Shown one piece after another: positions 41,480 to 49,902 of a stretch of 64,000 nt of DNA; the stretch's first letter is position 1, and every line of letters starts with the position of its first letter. Under the pieces are notes generated by a model. That model worked only from the letters and a program-made list of their open reading frames with translations. It was not told the origin of the DNA and ran no database searches. Made by a program: the position numbers and the translations under genes. This DNA is from Promethearchaeota archaeon (lineage in GTDB: Archaea; Asgardarchaeota; Heimdallarchaeia; Hodarchaeales; Hodarchaeaceae): positions 128,001 through 192,000 of the forward strand of contig JBHLMN010000010.1 of NCBI GenBank assembly GCA_048938105.1. The letters are read 5' to 3'.

Positions 41480-42232
41480 TTAGGGGAGGCCATTGAAGAT
41501 ATTTTTTAATGCCTTTTTTAAAGCCATGTGGAAAGGATGTCCCGCTGAAAAGATCATTGCTTCATGGGCCATCTGATAGGATGTATCGCACGAACAGGAG
41601 ATATACCCAGCGTATTTTATCCCCTTTTTCTGGAATTGTTCTGCCCAGCGCTTTAAATCTGCACTCATTTCAATTTCTGGAACCTGATTGAAGAGTATAA
41701 ATATCTCCCAATTGCTAATGGATTTTGCTCTTTTATATATTACTTCAATCATTTTCTTTGTCCCGCTCACTGCATAAGAGTTTGGTCGAAGGATAATTAT
41801 TGCTTTATTGCATAACATGATCAGATTAATCAAGATCATATGCCAACCAGGTGGAGAGTCAAAAATAACATAATCATACTGATCTTCGAGAGCTTCAAGA
41901 TCCTGTATCATACCTTGGAGTGTAGAAATAAACCATTTCTGATCTGATCCCATAATTTTCTCATTTGGATCAAAATCTTTATTTGTGAAAATTACATCTA
42001 TGTTGAGTTGAGCATCATGGACGATAGTTTCCTTAAAATTGACATCCCCTTTCAGATAATCGTTAAAATGTAGATCAGGTTCACATTGAAAGATATAATG
42101 AAATGTAGGCATAAAAAAGTCGCTTTCAATTAATAACACTTTATTCTCACTCGCTAACTGACTAGCCATGTTCAAAGCGACTGTGGTTTTTCCTGTTCCT
42201 CCCTTATAGCTATGGACAAGTATCCTCTCCAT
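41480..42232 (-). CDS. MinD/ParA family ATPase
   Basis: Deviant Walker A KGGTGKTT; YDYVIFDSPPG; FNQV. Confidence 0.9.
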   Translation of the reverse strand: MERILVHSYKGGTGKTTVALNMASQLASENKVLLIESDFFMPTFHYIFQCEPDLHFNDYLKGDVNFKETIVHDAQLNIDVIFTNKDFDPNEKIMGSDQKWFISTLQGMIQDLEALEDQYDYVIFDSPPGWHMILINLIMLCNKAIIILRPNSYAVSGTKKMIEVIYKRAKSISNWEIFILFNQVPEIEMSADLKRWAEQFQKKGIKYAGYISCSCDTSYQMAHEAMIFSAGHPFHMALKKALKNIFNGLP

Positions 42233-42253
42233 AAAAACACATCCTAAGAGTGT

Positions 42254-42787
42254 TCATCTAGCATAATAATAAATCTTACCTTCAGACTCTCTGAAGTCAA
42301 GTAATGCTTCGTTTACAAATTTTTCAATATGTTTTTTTATTGTGGTTTGGTCTTTTTTCATGTATTCCATCAAATCATCAATTGTTACACCTGGGACTTT
42401 TTTTAGTTGTAATTCCAGTAATGCTAAAGCAGTACTGTTTTCTTCTTGGGTCAAAGATTGTCGGGTACTCCAATTCTTTAAGCTCCATTCGTCTTTTAGA
42501 GATTCTAGGAAGTCGCTGATTGCCCTTTTAATAAAGTCATTAATATTAGTAATGGCATACTTAATCTTGATATGCCGACTAGCAATAATTTTTTGGATTT
42601 CTCTATAAACGTCCTCATCAATCTCTAATACCAACCCATGATAGACCTTATTTACACAAAATCGTAAAACATCTGCTTTACTTTTAAGTTTATTCTGTTC
42701 TTGAACCGAACGAAATTTCTCCTCATCTTCTTTATCTAGGTCTACTCGAACTGGATATTTTTTGCTCTCTGAATTAGCTTTTGACAT
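42254..42787 (-). CDS. DNA-binding protein with RHH-RHH-wHTH architecture
   Basis: VRVDL..SKADVLR and LEID..NINDFIKRAI RHH-like units; C-terminal wHTH (TIDDLMEY..QTTIKKHI). Confidence 0.6.
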   Translation of the reverse strand: MSKANSESKKYPVRVDLDKEDEEKFRSVQEQNKLKSKADVLRFCVNKVYHGLVLEIDEDVYREIQKIIASRHIKIKYAITNINDFIKRAISDFLESLKDEWSLKNWSTRQSLTQEENSTALALLELQLKKVPGVTIDDLMEYMKKDQTTIKKHIEKFVNEALLDFRESEGKIYYYAR

Positions 42788-42947
42788 TCTTTTTACCCTA
42801 ATTAAAATTAAGGAACTGCATTATATATTAACATTTCTATCCATATATCAATATTCTTGTTGGAAAACTTTATATATACCATTGATTTCTAATGGTAAAT
42901 GTTATCCTGAGACGGATAACACACCATCATAAAAAGAGAGAAACAAC

Positions 42948-43538
42948 ATGAAACATAAAAGAACCATACAACTACTTGTATTCATTGGCTTTTTGAGTAT
43001 TTCAACGATTTCACAGACAGCAGCGAATTACGGTGAAGTTAGGAGTATCGCAGTTATTCCAGGGATGGATCCAAATTGGTTTCCACCAGCTATTCATAAT
43101 CCTAACCAACAAGCAGCTTTTCTACGAGTATTTGGTGATTATGGAGAAAGAATGATCACTTTTTGGACGGTACCAGGCCCTTTTGATTCTCAAGACGCCC
43201 TTGGTTTCAGTTTCGGTTGGTTTGTTACAGCAGAAAATCAACAAGAAGCAGCAAAGGTTCGGGAAGAAATAGATTCGATTTTCTATTTGCAAAAAAATGG
43301 ACAAACTTCTTGGAATCTCATCAGCGATGACAAAACACCTATTGTAAGGATGCCTGAATTAACTAAGTTTGTAAGAGAAGGTGGTTGGATTCCCCCTGAC
43401 TGGGAAATCTATTCCTATCGAGAAGGAGGGGCTTTTAAGCCAAATACTCTTTCTCCTGGACAATACACAATTCGTATTGACTTTTACTACCTTGGTGAAT
43501 ATGATGGCTCTGAATATCTAGAATTTGAAATCTATTGA
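42948..43538 (+). CDS. Secreted hypothetical protein
   Basis: Signal-peptide-like N-terminus; Ig-like PGQYTIRI end. Confidence 0.75.
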   Translation: MKHKRTIQLLVFIGFLSISTISQTAANYGEVRSIAVIPGMDPNWFPPAIHNPNQQAAFLRVFGDYGERMITFWTVPGPFDSQDALGFSFGWFVTAENQQEAAKVREEIDSIFYLQKNGQTSWNLISDDKTPIVRMPELTKFVREGGWIPPDWEIYSYREGGAFKPNTLSPGQYTIRIDFYYLGEYDGSEYLEFEIY

Positions 43539-43557
43539 AGCCAAATGAATACTGCAG

Positions 43558-43597
43558 ACTTCGATGTTCCATAACATCGAAGTTCTTTCTTTTTTTT
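43558..43597 (+). terminator. Hairpin plus T-tract terminator
   Basis: acttcgatgtt-ccat-aacatcgaagt (11-bp stem) followed by tctttctttttttt, 20 nt after the stop codon. Confidence 0.7.
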
Positions 43598-43656
43598 GGA
43601 GGTGAAACTTAATGAAGAATAGAAATGAGAAAATGAAAACAATAAGGTGAAAAAAA

Positions 43657-44781
43657 ATGATAAAAATAAAAACCACAAGAGGAATTGCTGGATTTGCTGG
43701 GTTGATATTAATAATAGCACTGGTAAGCGTTGGGGGTCTCCCAGCAAGTTGTGAAATTAATCCAATAACAGGTGATGGAGCAGGTCTTACAACAACTGTT
43801 TGGTCCGATGATTTTAATGACGGGAACTATGATGGCTGGATGGTGCAAAACGGTACCTTTTCCGCAAGTGATTATACACTACGAACTACAGCTAAACATA
43901 TGTGGCATGTGGTAAACCACACTAGCACAATTGCATACGGAACATGGAGTTTTGATGTGTACATTAATACTACTAAGTTTATGAGCCTTGGTGAGCACCT
44001 GTATATCTTTTTCATGGGAGATTCTCTTGAAGTTGATCAACAGGATTGTTATGATATCATGATCTGGATAAGTTCAGATGGAACTCCGGGATTTACTTTG
44101 TGGAAACGTGTGAATGGCAAGGTGACCGAGCTAGGTTCATATAGTTATCCTAGTGGTCTTTCTGGGTGGTATCACATCGATGTGACCCGTCATACAAGCG
44201 GCCAATTCTACCTCTTTGTGAACGGATCACTTAGGATAGATGCAATGGACAAAACTCATACAACATCGAAATATTTCGGATTTGTAGCACTGGATGGGCA
44301 TAAATTGGACAATATCAATGTTTTTGACGAGATCAATGTCTTCCCAAAACCAAGTAACCTCAAATTCAGCGATGATTCCGTAACAGTCTCTTGTCAACAA
44401 AATAGCAGTAACACAGCTTGCATTTATGTGCAAAATGAAGGAGAAATAGCAGGTTCTGCAACTATTGAAGTGGGAGAGACACCCGATGGTATCTCTTTAA
44501 GCCTTAGTGACACTAGTATAAGCACCTTAAAGTTCGGAAAGACAAAAACTGTGACTGCAACCGTTGAAACATCTGGAACCGTCACTCCAGGTGACTACAC
44601 AGTCGACGTGGAATTATATAACGACTCAAATAAATTAGACACAGTGCAATTAGCCATAACTGTTACAGGTAAGGAAACAACATCAACAAAGACTGACAAC
44701 GGTACCGCACCAGGAATCCCAATTTTGGGCGTGATCATGATTCTGGGGATTATTACCGCTTTCCGACGCAAGCAACGTTAA
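43657..44781 (+). CDS. Cell-surface protein with Ig-like (NEW3/CARDB-like) domain and C-terminal sorting signal
   Basis: Signal peptide, WSDDFNDG beta-sandwich, PGDYTV, Thr linker, APGI-TM-RRKQR. Confidence 0.8.
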   Translation: MIKIKTTRGIAGFAGLILIIALVSVGGLPASCEINPITGDGAGLTTTVWSDDFNDGNYDGWMVQNGTFSASDYTLRTTAKHMWHVVNHTSTIAYGTWSFDVYINTTKFMSLGEHLYIFFMGDSLEVDQQDCYDIMIWISSDGTPGFTLWKRVNGKVTELGSYSYPSGLSGWYHIDVTRHTSGQFYLFVNGSLRIDAMDKTHTTSKYFGFVALDGHKLDNINVFDEINVFPKPSNLKFSDDSVTVSCQQNSSNTACIYVQNEGEIAGSATIEVGETPDGISLSLSDTSISTLKFGKTKTVTATVETSGTVTPGDYTVDVELYNDSNKLDTVQLAITVTGKETTSTKTDNGTAPGIPILGVIMILGIITAFRRKQR

Positions 44782-45049
44782 CATACTTTTACTCTGCTCT
44801 TATGGTCACGATAACCACTATCTGGGCCAACGGGGGGAATTTTCTCTTCTTTTTTACTCAAAAAAATTTAACAAAAACCTTGAATCTCCCTTTTTCTCTC
44901 TCGGATTCTATCACCCTATTAAGGTTTGATATTATATAAAAGTAATTTAGTCTTAAAGACCTAAAATTAGAAAGATTAATTATAAGAATCAAAGAATTTT
45001 TATTCTTGAATACCAGTCTAGAGCTAAAGAGTCATACCGGTGATCATAA

Positions 45050-45334
45050 TTGACTGAAAAAGTAAGCTTTTATACCGATAAAAAATCTTGGGAAAGGTTT
45101 AAAGACCAGGTATATCGTTCCAGTGGAACAATGAGAAATTTAAGCAGTGAACTGAACAAGATTATTGACGATAATACTCTAATCAACTTAGAAGTCAATT
45201 TAAAGAGATTAATTTCATCGAAAGAAAACCAATCATTCTCTTTAGAAGAAATCAAGCAAGACCGACCGACCGTTCCTATACCTGCAGAAGAAATAATTCG
45301 TGAGATGAGAAACTCCCATGTTAATCTATCTTGA
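45050..45334 (+). CDS. Putative VapB-type antitoxin
   Basis: Small ORF overlapping a PIN gene; RHH-like N-terminus; AEEIIREMR C-terminus. Confidence 0.7.
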   Translation: MTEKVSFYTDKKSWERFKDQVYRSSGTMRNLSSELNKIIDDNTLINLEVNLKRLISSKENQSFSLEEIKQDRPTVPIPAEEIIREMRNSHVNLS

Positions 45335-45776
45335 CAGCTCTATGATTGTGAAGAGATATATCCAAGAAGCAGGAACATCTTTTGCAGACTTTCTCTATGA
45401 TCAAATAGGGCAAGGATATCTAACATTAGCATTTAATCTCCTGAATATTGTTGAAGTATTAGGCGTGTTTGATCAATATTTAAGAAGAAATTGGATTGAT
45501 CAAGACACCCTCAACAAAATAATGTCAAAATTCATTGATGAAACATTAAGATTACTGAGAATCAATCAGTCGGAAATATTACCTACTTTAGTTTCAATAC
45601 AAATGAATGCATGGACGTTTGCGTTACAAAACCGATTATATATTGTAGATGCGGTCCAAGTAACAAATAGTAAACGATTTGAAGCGAACTATTTTAGTTC
45701 GGGAGATAAATACGTTACTAATGTTGCAAACGAGCTTGGATTTGAGGTTTATACCCAGAAGAGGAAAATACATTAA
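45318..45776 (+). CDS. vapC: VapC/PIN toxin
   Basis: IYLDSS..VKRY..E, E, DAVQV, SGD acidic residues. Confidence 0.85.
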   Translation: MLIYLDSSMIVKRYIQEAGTSFADFLYDQIGQGYLTLAFNLLNIVEVLGVFDQYLRRNWIDQDTLNKIMSKFIDETLRLLRINQSEILPTLVSIQMNAWTFALQNRLYIVDAVQVTNSKRFEANYFSSGDKYVTNVANELGFEVYTQKRKIH

Positions 45777-45918
45777 TAAAACGGATAAAAGAGGAAATCT
45801 CTAAAACATGTGAGAAAATTTACACCAATTACACTTTTCTATAAAGCTGAGATAATATTTTGTTACATTGACCCATTAGATCGATAAGCTCATAGGACCT
45901 CCAAGAATATTGGTCAAA

Positions 45919-47202
45919 TTACGCTCCTACTGCTGAATAATCCATCTCACTAAAACTTTTAGCTTTTCTGGGCCGGAGTCTATATGTTAAAAATCCTGCA
46001 AATGCTAGAGTTGAAATCATTAGCAAGAGTTCTCCCAATAAAAGCCAATTTAATCCTTGAAAGATTGTCGTAAGAGCAGGAATGTCTTGTGATAAACGAT
46101 TTCTCAGTGTTGTATTGATATTTATCCCAGTTAGATACTCTAGTCCAGTTGGAGTTACCCCAATAAGAACCCCCACAATAGCAATGATTCTAGCAATTCT
46201 AGAAGGTCGTGAAATACTCGGGATGTTAATTTGAGAAAGTACTTCGTGCTCTAATGTTCTGAATTCAATCTTTCCATCGATTTTACCCGTTATCAATGGT
46301 GTGATAATGAAACTCAGCTTTTGATTGGGCTTTGTAAGTTGTGCGACTCTAGAAGGGGGACTAACTAAACAACCAGGGCACAATGGAACTACCTGGATTA
46401 CATCTATAGCAAACTCAAGTTGTTCTAGCTTTTGGGTTTTTCTTGTGCCAGTCACAAGATAAGATTTCCCTTTTTCTTCTTGTATCGCAAAATGAGAGAG
46501 CTCAACAGTTAAATCAAAATTTTTATACGGAATCATTCGATCAAAGTATGAAATTCCAGTATAGATCGTTCTTTTATCTGGTCCTTTCTTTTTTAGTATC
46601 ATTTTCGCCTCTTGGCTAATTGGTTCTGCTGCTAGGTCTTCAGAAGTTAATATTACACTTTTAGTGCCAAAATCAAGTCCTATAGTTGGTAAATAGTTTG
46701 TTGTGAAACCTTTTCCTACAAATGCCTCTTTTAATGAAGTTTTCCCTGTCCCCAATTCACCTAGAAGGATTATCTTTGCTATGATTGACTCTCCTTCTTC
46801 TTCTGGAGCTATACTCATACCCCTTCCTATATCGATAGCGAGCTGCTTTAAGATAGACTCAGGATGAATTGAATCACTAGCTTGGGGAGATTTGAACCAG
46901 GTATCTCGAGCAGAAGTTTTTATAAATTCGATATCACTGGCTAATTTTTCCTGCCATTCAGTTATTAATTCAAAAACTTCGTTATCACTCACTTTTCCCT
47001 CTAAATCAGCTTTAGTTCCAATTAAATAAATCTTAATAAGTTGTAATTGGTCTGAAAACTCTATTATCTTCCTAAACCATTCAGTTATACTCTTAAATGT
47101 TTCTGGTTGTGATAGATCAAATAAAATTAGTACAATATGGGCTTCACGATAAAAACTGGCACGGTGGGTACTTTCAACGGTTGGAGGGTCAAGGAACATC
47201 AT
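45919..47202 (-). CDS. Circularly permuted Rab-like GTPase + beta-sandwich + two C-terminal TMs
   Basis: Motif order FLDPP(G3)-TKAD(G4)-TSAR(G5)-GELGTGKT(G1)-PTIG(G2); possible ATA start at 47214. Confidence 0.75.
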   Translation of the reverse strand: MMFLDPPTVESTHRASFYREAHIVLILFDLSQPETFKSITEWFRKIIEFSDQLQLIKIYLIGTKADLEGKVSDNEVFELITEWQEKLASDIEFIKTSARDTWFKSPQASDSIHPESILKQLAIDIGRGMSIAPEEEGESIIAKIILLGELGTGKTSLKEAFVGKGFTTNYLPTIGLDFGTKSVILTSEDLAAEPISQEAKMILKKKGPDKRTIYTGISYFDRMIPYKNFDLTVELSHFAIQEEKGKSYLVTGTRKTQKLEQLEFAIDVIQVVPLCPGCLVSPPSRVAQLTKPNQKLSFIITPLITGKIDGKIEFRTLEHEVLSQINIPSISRPSRIARIIAIVGVLIGVTPTGLEYLTGININTTLRNRLSQDIPALTTIFQGLNWLLLGELLLMISTLAFAGFLTYRLRPRKAKSFSEMDYSAVGA

Positions 47203-47487
47203 TTTAATTTCTATTGAAATTGCCTCCTAGGTCACTCAGTTGATTTTCTTATTGTACATTATTATTTTATAACACTTGTCTGTTAAGTCTAATAATTCAC
47301 CAAATCCCCAGATTCCATGATTAGTCAATTGAATGGCTAGGGTTATCTCAACATTACCCTTATAAGGCATGGAAAATGGTTGATACCTGGCCTGCGCCTA
47401 CTTTCGGGAGAGAAGCTAAATCACAGAGATCGATATTGAGTAGATCACTCATTAGAATTAGCAGCCCTTTTTTTAATTAAATTTCAT

Positions 47488-48123
47488 TTAATCTTTTTCC
47501 CTACGCCGACGAAAAATAAGGATAATTATATTAAAAATGCCAACACTAAAAAGAATTTCTAAAAAACTCACAGCAATAGTTTGTTTCTCTGTGTAGTAAG
47601 ACACATTACTCCAGTGGGGAGGCCAATAAGTGGTTCCTAAGTAAATACCTGCATCAATTAAAATCTGGTCTGGATCGAACTCAAACCACTCTCCATCGGC
47701 TTCTAAGCTGATTTTTACTAGAGATTGACACTCAGAACAGCTGAAATTATACGACCAGTACTTCTGAGGAGAGAGGATTAACGATAAATCCATGTTTAAA
47801 GTTAAATTTTCGGATTTCAAAAAACTCGGTACACCCCGTTCACCTATTTCCTCTATAGTAAGAATTAACTGATTTAGCGAGTGAATAGTCGTATCTAAAT
47901 TAGCCACCCCTAATGTAATATGAGTTAAAGTAATTACATCCCAGCAAGTAGTAGTTATGTTATCTCTAGAGAATTTACCAGAACACCAAGAAGTCTTTGA
48001 ATCGAGAATTTGGACGTCGAATGGGCACTGTTGATTGGTTGCATATATCATATTACTTTGAATAAGAAGAGTCCCCAAAAAAAAGATAGAAAGGATTCCA
48101 CTAGTTGTAAATTGCAACTTCAT
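47488..48123 (-). CDS. Surface protein with signal peptide and C-terminal TM/basic tail
   Basis: N-terminal hydrophobic stretch; C-terminal TM plus RRRREKD. Confidence 0.7.
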   Translation of the reverse strand: MKLQFTTSGILSIFFLGTLLIQSNMIYATNQQCPFDVQILDSKTSWCSGKFSRDNITTTCWDVITLTHITLGVANLDTTIHSLNQLILTIEEIGERGVPSFLKSENLTLNMDLSLILSPQKYWSYNFSCSECQSLVKISLEADGEWFEFDPDQILIDAGIYLGTTYWPPHWSNVSYYTEKQTIAVSFLEILFSVGIFNIIILIFRRRREKD

Positions 48124-48397
48124 GACATTTCGAATCCTTTAATTTCTTTGGTAAATTTCCGTTGAATTTAATTTTTTGTTTCGAAATTAGATAGTATATC
48201 CTTTTTATAGATAACTTTTAATGAAGTTTCGTTGATTTCGTTTAACTTGAGTATTTCTATTTTCATAAAAAAAATTCTCTCATTAAAACGAAAAGAGTTC
48301 TTATCCTTTAACTTATATATACGAATATCTTTCATATTGAGAGCTCCTAGAACGAACTTCTTTGTGAGATCATCTAAAAGATTGGATTGGAATAAAC

Positions 48398-49516
48398 ATG
48401 GGAGATTCCTGTGAACAGTTTGATATTGTTATTATAGGCGCAGGTCCAGGTGGAACTAGCGCAGCAATCCATGCAGCACAGCATGGATTCTCAACGTGTC
48501 TATTGGAAAAAGAAATATTGGGTCGAACAGGGAGATACAAGGCCTGTGGTGGGGCATTAGATTGGAACCTCGTCCAACAACTTGATTATCCCGAAGAGAA
48601 GATTGAGCGAATTGTTGACTCCTTAGAGCTCCATCATGTAGATGGGGAAATATATTTAAAAACAGGAAAAGGAGCGGTGGTGTGGCGGAGTCTATTTGAT
48701 AAATATCTAACCGACATTGCGGTTGAAAATGGCTCAAAATTAAAGGAAAATGAACCACTAGTTGCAATAGAAAAAGAGGGGATGTATTACACTGTTTTCA
48801 CAAAGAACAGAAAATACCAGACAAAATACGTTATTGCTGCAGATGGGGTCTCTTCACCAACTTTAAGGACGCTGAGATGGCCCCGTTTTGCGCGAGAAGA
48901 TTTAATTTTAACTATCACACAAGAGATGAAGACAACTAGGCAACACATGGAAGAAAACTTGGGGAGTAGTACATTACATTTGTTTTTTAGCATTAAACAG
49001 CTCAGTCATCTCGGCTATGCATGGTTATTTCCCAAAAAGCAGGTCGTTACTGTAGGTTGGGGAAACCAACTAATAAGAGTTAAACACCCCAGAGAAAAAA
49101 TCAAACCATTCCTTGAGTTACCACTGGTCAAAGAAGTAATAAAAAATTCATCACTAGACCTATTTAAAGCCCACCTAATTCCAGTGGGGTTGAGATCACA
49201 GCTTTACAAGGAGAACGTGTTTGCTGTAGGTGATGCAGGAGGACTAGTGGATCCTATCAGCGGGAAAGGAATCCCTTATACCATAAGATCAGGCCAAATT
49301 GCCATTGAATCAATCAAAATGTGTGAAAACAAGGATGTCCCAGAGCAACTAGGAATTCAGTATGAAAATACATTAGAAAAGCACTTTCTTCAGGTGTTAA
49401 AAGCAAAAAGACTAGCTCGAGATCGGATCTATCAAAATGAGGAGACGTTAAAGCAGTTTTTAGCGCTCTGGGAAAAGCATCGGAGTTCAGAAATCGTCAG
49501 AAGAGGATTGATTTAA
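48398..49516 (+). CDS. Geranylgeranyl reductase family FAD oxidoreductase
   Basis: GAGPGG, KACGG, AADG, GYAWLFPK, GDAGG.VDP.SG.GI. Confidence 0.9.
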   Translation: MGDSCEQFDIVIIGAGPGGTSAAIHAAQHGFSTCLLEKEILGRTGRYKACGGALDWNLVQQLDYPEEKIERIVDSLELHHVDGEIYLKTGKGAVVWRSLFDKYLTDIAVENGSKLKENEPLVAIEKEGMYYTVFTKNRKYQTKYVIAADGVSSPTLRTLRWPRFAREDLILTITQEMKTTRQHMEENLGSSTLHLFFSIKQLSHLGYAWLFPKKQVVTVGWGNQLIRVKHPREKIKPFLELPLVKEVIKNSSLDLFKAHLIPVGLRSQLYKENVFAVGDAGGLVDPISGKGIPYTIRSGQIAIESIKMCENKDVPEQLGIQYENTLEKHFLQVLKAKRLARDRIYQNEETLKQFLALWEKHRSSEIVRRGLI

Positions 49517-49622
49517 CTTGAAAATATTTTATCTAGATTAGGGAAGACAATCAGAAGAAAAAGAGTAATAAAGATCTCCCAATCTTGATGTTGAAAGTCA
49601 AGAATAAATTTACAGCCTATTC

Positions 49623-49886
49623 TTAACAACATACCTGTTTCAATTCTTGTCTTAGTAATTTTCTGATTTTAGTTTTCAAAACTCCACTTATACATCCACA
49701 TCCAAGTGGATGTGTTAAGATTGCATTTGATGGACATTGTAACTCGCAAGCACCACATTCTATACATTTATCTCCTTCTATGATTGTAGCTTTCTTATTT
49801 TCATCAAAAATAATTATTTGATGAGGACAAACATCGATACACCATCCACACCCAATACACTGATCTTGGAATATTTGTGCTGTCAA
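49623..49886 (-). CDS. hgcB: HgcB-like 2[4Fe-4S] ferredoxin
   Basis: CIGCGWCIDVCP, CIECGACELQCP, GCGC and terminal CC; TTG start after AAGGAG; directly downstream of the hgcA-like gene. Confidence 0.8.
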   Translation of the reverse strand: MTAQIFQDQCIGCGWCIDVCPHQIIIFDENKKATIIEGDKCIECGACELQCPSNAILTHPLGCGCISGVLKTKIRKLLRQELKQVCC

Positions 49887-49902
49887 ACTAATTTCTCCTT
49901 GT

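Noticed and set aside
47360-47453. 30-codon minus-strand ORF with an HhH-like pattern (DLASLPKVG) upstream of the permuted GTPase
   Set aside because: Too short to support; it contains no G1/G2 motif, so it is not the missing half of the GTPase
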